From: Squalus acanthias | Lineage: Eukaryota | Reading direction: 5' to 3' | NCBI GenBank assembly: GCA_030390025.1 | Contig: CM059432.1 | Location: 143,222,001 to 143,286,000 of the forward strand | DNA length: 64,000 nucleotides | In this document: in pieces, positions 57,594 to 64,000 of the stretch | How the letters are laid out: every line of letters starts with the position of its first letter | Position numbering within the stretch: position 1 is the first letter of the stretch | The notes under the pieces: generated by a model | Databases searched by the model: none | Seen by the model: the letters and a program-made list of their open reading frames with translations, nothing else | Told to the model about the DNA's origin: nothing | Program-made: the position numbers and the translations under genes

Positions 57594-58962
57594 TATAAGA
57601 ACATAAGAAATAGGAGCAGGAATAGGCCACTTGGCCCCTCGAGCCTGCTCCACAGATCATGGCTGATCTTGGGCTCAAAGCCACTTCCCTGCCCGCTCCC
57701 CATAACCCTTCACCCCCTTAACTTGCAAAAATCTGTCTATCTCCACCTTAAATGTATTTAATGACCCAGCCTCCACGGCTCTCTGGGGCAGAGAATTCCA
57801 CAGATTTACGACCCTCTGAGAGAAGAAATTCCTCCTCATCTCAGTTCTAAAAGGGCGACCCTTTATTCTGAAACTATGCCCCCGAGTTCTAGATTTCCCC
57901 ACGAGGGGAAACATCCTCTCTGCATCTACCTTGTCGAGCCCCCTCAGTATCTTATATGTTTCAATAAGATCACCTCTCATTCTTCTAAATTCCAATGAGT
58001 ATAGGCCCAGCCTGCTCAACCTTTCTTCATAAGTCAACCCCCTCATCTCAGGAATCAACTGTGTGAATCGTCTCTGAACTGCCTCCAATGCAAGTATATC
58101 CTTCCTTAAATAAGGAGACCAAAACTGTACGCAGTACTCAAGGTGTGGTCTCACCAATACCCTGTATTGTTGTAGCAGGACTTCCCTGCTTTTATACTCC
58201 AACCCCCTTGCAATGAAGGCCAACATTCCATTTGCCTTTTTGATTACTTGCTGTACCTGCATGCTAACTTTTTGTGTTTCATGCACAAGGACCCCCAGGT
58301 CCCTCTGAACTGTACCATTTTGTAATCTCTCTCCATTTAGATAATAATTTGCTTTTTTATTTTTCCTGCCAAAGTGGATAACCTCACACTTTCCCACATT
58401 ATACTCCATCTGCCAAATGTTTGCCCACTCACTTAGCCTGTCTATATCCCTTTGCAGATTCTTTGAGTCCTCTGCACAACTTTCTTTCCCACCCATCTTT
58501 GTATCATCCGCAAACTTGGCTACATTACACTCGGTCCCTTCATCCAAGTCATTAATGTAGATTATAAATAGTTGAGGCCCCAGCATCCCTGTGGCACCCC
58601 ACTAGTTACCGTTTGCCAACCGGAAAATGACCCATTTATCCCGACTCTCTGTTTTCTGTTAGTTAGCCAATTCTCTATCCATGCTAATATATTACCCCCA
58701 ACCCCGTGAGCTCTTATTTTATGCAGTAACCTTTTTATGTGGCACCTTATCGAATGCCTTCTGGAAATCCAAATACACAACACCTACTGGTTCCCCTTTA
58801 TCCACCCTGCTCGTTACATCCTCAAAGAACTCCAGCAAATTTGTTAAACATCATTTCCCTTTCATAAAACCATGCTGCCTCTGCTTGACTGCATTATGAT
58901 TTTCCAAATGCCCTGCTACTGCTTCCTTAAATGAAGGACTCCAGCATTTTCCCAACGACAGG
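57594..58962 (-). mobile_element. CR1, 5'-truncated RT region
   Basis: Peptide LGPQLFIIYINDL...FADDTK...HLEYCVQFWSPY in a 303-aa frame; (aacataag)n tail. Confidence 0.92.
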
Positions 58963-59471
58963 TGTACGCTTAATTCCCATGAAAGCTAATAAATGCCTTT
59001 GAACCGTATTATCTTATCGAATAACTTACAAACCTAAGTAAAAACAGCCATTCCCTAACATGATCAATTCAAACGTTTCAGCCCCTGAACTATTCTTCTC
59101 TTTTTTCACCAGGCGCTGAATTGTCTGCTTTTTGCTACTTCAAAAATTAGATCTTCTCCTCTCTCTGCTCCGAGACCTCACGCATTGTACCAGACGCTGA
59201 TGGCACACGGAGACCAATGTCCCTTTTAATTTTCTTTTAGGTGCCTGGCCCCTTTAACAGGCTGTGTGGCCCATTCAAATTACAGCACGCGGCGTTTTTT
59301 TCTATTTAAAAGCCGTTGTGCCGACTGCACGGGAGCTCCAGACAGCCGCGTGGCCAACGGAAACATTGATGGAGACCCCCCAGCTTTTCCAAAAGGATCA
59401 TGCAATGGCCCGTCTGATAGCTCACTTCAGCAATTTGATTTTGCTCCTTTGTAATATTGCTCCACACATGT

Positions 59472-60402
59472 ATATAGGAGCAGGAGGAGGCTATTCAACC
59501 CCTCGAGCCCGTTTCTGCTATTCAGTTAGATCATGGCTGATCTCTACCTTAACTCTATTTACCCATCTTGGTTCCGTAACCCTTAATACCCTTGCCGAGC
59601 AAAAATCTATCGATCTCAGTTTTGAACATAAGAACATAAGAAGTAGGAGCAGGAGTCGGCCATACGACCCTCGGGCCTGCTCCGCCATTCAATAGGATCA
59701 TGGCTGATCCGAACCTAGACTCACGTCCACTTCCCTGCCCGCTCCCCATAACCCTTAATTCCCTCATCAGCTAGGAAACTGTCTATCTCCGTTTTAAATT
59801 TATTTAATGTCGCAGCTTCCACAGCTCTCTGAGGTAGCAAATTCCATAGATTTACTACCCTCTGAGTGAAGAAGTTTCTCCTCATCTCAGTTTTGAAACG
59901 GCAGCCGCTTATTCTAAGATTATGCCCCCTAGTTCTAGTCTCACCCATCAGTGGAAACATCCTCCCCACCTCCACCCGATCAAGCCCTCTCACAATCTTA
60001 TATGTTTCGATAAGATCGCCTCTCATTCTTCTGACTTCCAATGAGTAGAGGCCCAACCTACTCAACCTTTCCTCATAAGTCAACCCCCTCATCTCCGGAA
60101 TCAACCGAGTGAACCTTCCCTGAACTGCCTCTAGAGCAAGTATATCTTTTCTTAAATTTTCAATCGACCCCCCCCCCCCAAGCCTCAGCAGCTTTCGGGG
60201 GCAGAGAGTTCCAGATTTCCACTACCCTTTGTGTGAAGAAGTGCTTCCTGACATCACCCCTGAACGGCCTGGCTCTAACTTTAAGGTTGTGCCCCCTTGT
60301 TCTGGACTCCCCCCCCACCAGAGGAAATAGGGTAGACAGAGAGAAACTATCAACTCCTTTAATCATCTTAAAACAATCAATCAGCCCACTCCTCAATCTT
60401 CT
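59472..60402 (-). mobile_element. CR1 3' fragment containing a second nested CR1 3' fragment (~59625-60155)
   Basis: The outer sequence ctcagttttgaa|attttcaatcgacccc is interrupted by an element with its own (aacataag)n tail. Confidence 0.85.
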
Positions 60403-61324
60403 CCAGGAGTATTACTTAGAATGGTCCCTGGGGACATTGAGATGAATAGCCACAGCTTTGACCATCTTAATTGATCTCATTTAGTGTTTCTTGGAGATAA
60501 GAATTCAGCACTATTAATTTCTACATCACAGCCAATTTCACCTGTTGCGGCTGCATGCTCCCGCAATGTACTTCCTGAAGTGAAACTGCCACTTACACAT
60601 TCTCCAAAACTGATCAAAAATCTTTTTTTCCCCCCCTCGATTTAAATAATTCCCAGCCTCAATTTATATCTCTGAAAGGAAACGTGCGAAGGAAAATGAA
60701 AAATCCCATCCCCGCAGTGATCACTGTTGAAATTCAATATAAGTGTCTTCAAACTGAGGGTCGCAATGATATGAAATGTACCGAGTGTCAGGTCTGAGAC
60801 AAGGTCCCAAGGCGCTTCACAGGAGCGTTATCAGTCAAAGAAGGAGACATTAAGACAGGGGACAAGGAGGTAGGAATTAAGGAGCGTCTTAAAGCAGGAG
60901 GCAGAGAGGGAATTCCAGAGCTTAGGCTCTGGGCAGCTGAAGGCACGGCCGCCAATGGTGGAGCGATTAAAATCGGGGATGCGCAAGAGGCCAGAATTGG
61001 AGGAGCGCAGAGAGTGTGGAGGGCCGTCGGGCTGGAGGAGGTCTTGGGGTTTTTTTTTGAATTGGTGCTCCTGATGCAGAGTGTTGGCCACTGGGCTCAG
61101 GCCCCAATATGTGCTCCTGGTGGGCAAAGCTCCACACCAGGTGCACAATTTCATTCAATTTCCCCTCCCAGTGTAATATCCTAAAAGCAACTAGATATAA
61201 AGACATCAGCCTCCAAACTTCCATGGGCTGCATTCCCAGCTCTTGCAGAGATCATGCCCGCCTGTATTTATGGAGATCATAAAAATATTAACCACAGCTT
61301 TCATTGTGTAAGAAACAAAGAAAG

Positions 61325-62668
61325 AAAGTAAGACTTGCATTTCTATAGCGCCTTTCATGACCTCAGAACATCCCAAAGCGCTTTACAGCCAATGAAGTAC
61401 TTTTGAAGTGTAGTCCCTGTTGTAATATAGGCAACTCGGCAGCCAATTTGCGCACAGCAAGCTCCCACAAACAACATTATGATAATGACCAGATAATCTG
61501 TTATAGTGATGTTGATTGAGAGATAAATATTGGCCCCCAAGGAGAACTCCCCTGCTCTTCTTCAAATAGAGCCATGGGATCTTTTAGATCCACCCAAGAG
61601 GGCAGTCAGGGCCCCGGTTTAACGTGTGTGGCGCGCCCTCGGTACTGCCCCTCTGACTGTGCGGCGCGCCCTCGGCACTGCCTCTCCAACTGTGCAGCGC
61701 TCCCTTAGTACTGCCCCTCCGACAGTGCGGCGTCTCCTCGTACTGCCCCTCCGACAGTGCAGCGCTCCCTCAGTACTGCCCCTCCGACAGTGCAGCGCTC
61801 CCTCAGTACTGCCCCTCCGACAGTGCAGCGCTCCCTCAGCGCTGCCCCTCCGACAGTGCAGCACTCCCTCAGTACTGCCCCTCCGACAGTGCCGCACTCC
61901 CTCAGTACTGCCCCTCCGACAGTGCAGCGCTCCCTCAGTACTGCCCCTCCGACAGTGCAGCACTCCCTCAGTACTGCCCCTCCGACAGTGCGGCGCTCCC
62001 TCAGTATTGCCCCTCCGATAGTGCAGCGCGCCCTCGGTACTGCCCCCTCCGACAGTGCGGCTCGCCCTCGGTACTGCCCCTCCGACAGTGCGGCGCTCCC
62101 TCGGTACTGCCCCTCCGACAGTGCGGCTCGCCCTCGGTACTGCCCCTCCGACAGTGCGGCGCTCCCTCGGTACTGCCCCTCCGATAGTGCAGCGCGCCCT
62201 CGGTACTGCCCCTCCGACAGTGCGGCGCTCCCTCGGTACTGCCCCTCCGATAGTGCAGCGCGCCCTCGGTACTGCCCCTCCGACAGTGCGGCTCGCCCTC
62301 GGTACTGCCCCTCCGACAGTGCGGCGCTCCCTCGGTACTGCCCCTCCGACAGTGCGGCTCGCCCTCGGTACTGCCCCTCCGACAGTGCGGCTCGCCCTCG
62401 GTACTGCCCCTCCGACAGGGCGGCGCTCCCTCGGTACTGCCCCTCCGACAGTGCGGCGCTCCCTCGGTACTGCCCCTCCGACAGGGCGGCGCTCCCTCGG
62501 TACTGCCCCTCCGACAGTGCGGCTCGCCCTCGGTACTGCCCCTCCGACAGTGCGGCGCTCCCTCGGTACTGTACTGGGAATGTCAGCCTGGATTACAGGC
62601 CTGGAGTGGGGCTTGAACACATGGCAGTTGTGCTTCCGAGTCAGAAGGTTACCACCAAGCCATGGCTG
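61325..62668 (-). mobile_element. Deu-domain SINE with an internal segment amplified into a minisatellite
   Basis: Tail and body at 61325-61625; head at 62570-62668 (gtactgggaatgtcagcctggatt...cttgaac...gagtcagaagg..accaagccatggct). Confidence 0.85.
61626..62570. repeat. 33-bp minisatellite, ~28 copies
   Basis: Unit cagtgc(a/g)gcgctccctc(a/g)gtactgcccctccga. Confidence 0.97.
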
Positions 62669-62987
62669 AACAGGTTCGAACACCTGTTGAAAAGTTCACC
62701 AGCACGACTCATTAATGCAACTCAGTTTGCAGAATGTTACTGAACGATAGATTTTTTTTATACACACGAAAGGGGTTTATTAGATGGTTCAAAGCAATTC
62801 TTTGTTATTGATAAATTGAGCTGCAATCCAGTTCCTCATTGACCCAACAATAACAGTTTTCAAAAACATGCATTTTCCACTGAGGACAAACTGCTCACTT
62901 CACAGTCAATCAGTTGTGGCTACCTCAGTCCTTAAAGCCATTATATCAATAAAACCTCCCACAATACGTCCAGCCAGAGTTGACACC

Positions 62988-64000
62988 GGGCCGGATTGTT
63001 CCCGTTGCCGTGCGTGCGGGGGGCGAGACAGCAGTAAAAATGCTGGAAATAGCTTGCGCGCGCGCCAGGAACCCGCCGTCATCGCACCGCCTCACGCGTT
63101 TAATTCGGGCGGCTTTGAAGGTGCGATAAGGACCCGATCCGCAGAGGCGGGTGACCTCATTGAAGTCACGAAGTACTTGTTTACAGACACTTAACTGTGA
63201 TTTTAACAGCTGTTTGAGTTTTACTGCAGGAGCACGGGATTCACGCAGCTCGGGTACCTCGCCTGTGAAGGGGAGGCAGAAGCTCAGTGGCCATCGGCGA
63301 GTTCATTCATCGATAGCTGGGACAAGCACAAAAATACTCCAACATTACACCTCATTACTGGTCTCATGGAAAGGCTCTTCCTCACTGCATTTTGTCCACA
63401 GATTTAGCTGTCTGCAGTTTGCAGGTCATTTCTGAAACCTCAGAAGCCACTCTCACCACATTGCTACTCACTATCACAACATTGAGGGATTGGCCCTCTG
63501 ATCTCCACTTTACCTGCCATCTACTACATCAGCATGGGTGCCACTTATACTGTCTCACCTTGGTCCTCAGAATCGGACCAAGATGAGCCCCATCACCAAC
63601 AACACCAACAACACCAGCCATACCAGCAGCAGCAGCAGCCTCCTCCTCAATGACCTGATGCTCCACAGGAGAGAGGGGGGCAACACAGGGCAGCACCGCG
63701 CCGGAGGCGATAACCCCAACACAGGGTATACAGGCAGAGGATGAGCTTCTTCAACATGACTGAGCAGCAGTGCTCCAGGAGGCTCAGGCTATCGCGCCAG
63801 GTCGTCGCAGACATTTGTAATTTGCTGGAACAAGACCTGCTGCCCAGAGGTCCTGGTGGACACTCCTTGCCAGTGGCTGTCAAAGTCACCACCGGCCTCA
63901 ACTTCTTCGTCTCAGGCTCCTTCCAGGGATCTGCAGCAGACATTTGCAGGATCTCGCAGTCGGCCGCCCACAAGTGCATCACCCAGGTGACCGATGCCAT
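62988..64000 (+). mobile_element. PIF/Harbinger transposon, left part (runs off the window); the transposase frame from 63534 has two in-frame stops
   Basis: Peptide MGATY...[33 protein letters not shown]...[42 protein letters not shown]; homologous to 27591-29962. Confidence 0.88.

Noticed and set aside
59090..59400. Two acceptor-like polypyrimidine-AG sites on the plus strand
   Set aside because: No convincing donor, frame or homology supports exons.
61619..62743. 328-354-aa repetitive ORFs
   Set aside because: They are translations of the 33-bp SINE-derived array.

Overview
This is eukaryotic (vertebrate) genomic DNA. The repeat set (abundant CR1 LINEs, Deu-domain tRNA-SINEs, RTE, Penelope-like and Harbinger elements) suggests a cartilaginous fish such as a shark; that assignment is inference. 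I can support one host gene: a thyrotropin-releasing hormone receptor (class A GPCR). Its coding exons are 5364-6155 and 8192-8608, giving 402 aa, joined by a non-canonical GC-AG intron. The rest is mostly mobile DNA and tandem repeats. A 5'-truncated RTE lies just after the receptor stop codon. A ~15-kb nest (16.9-31.8 kb) holds two head-to-head CR1s in a GC-box minisatellite; these are in turn hit by an inverted pair of Harbinger MITEs, a TA-flanked MITE and a Harbinger transposon. There is also a 3.2-kb G-rich 30-mer array and a 33-mer array that arose inside a SINE. The most unusual item is a 255-bp, TSD-flanked hairpin insertion (29517-29771) with a minimal hammerhead ribozyme motif on each strand and a spacer resembling DNA next to its own target site. 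A second Penelope-family hammerhead motif is at 44407-44443. Everything was read by eye. Boundaries of old repeats are approximate, and family names come from recalled consensus motifs, not database searches.
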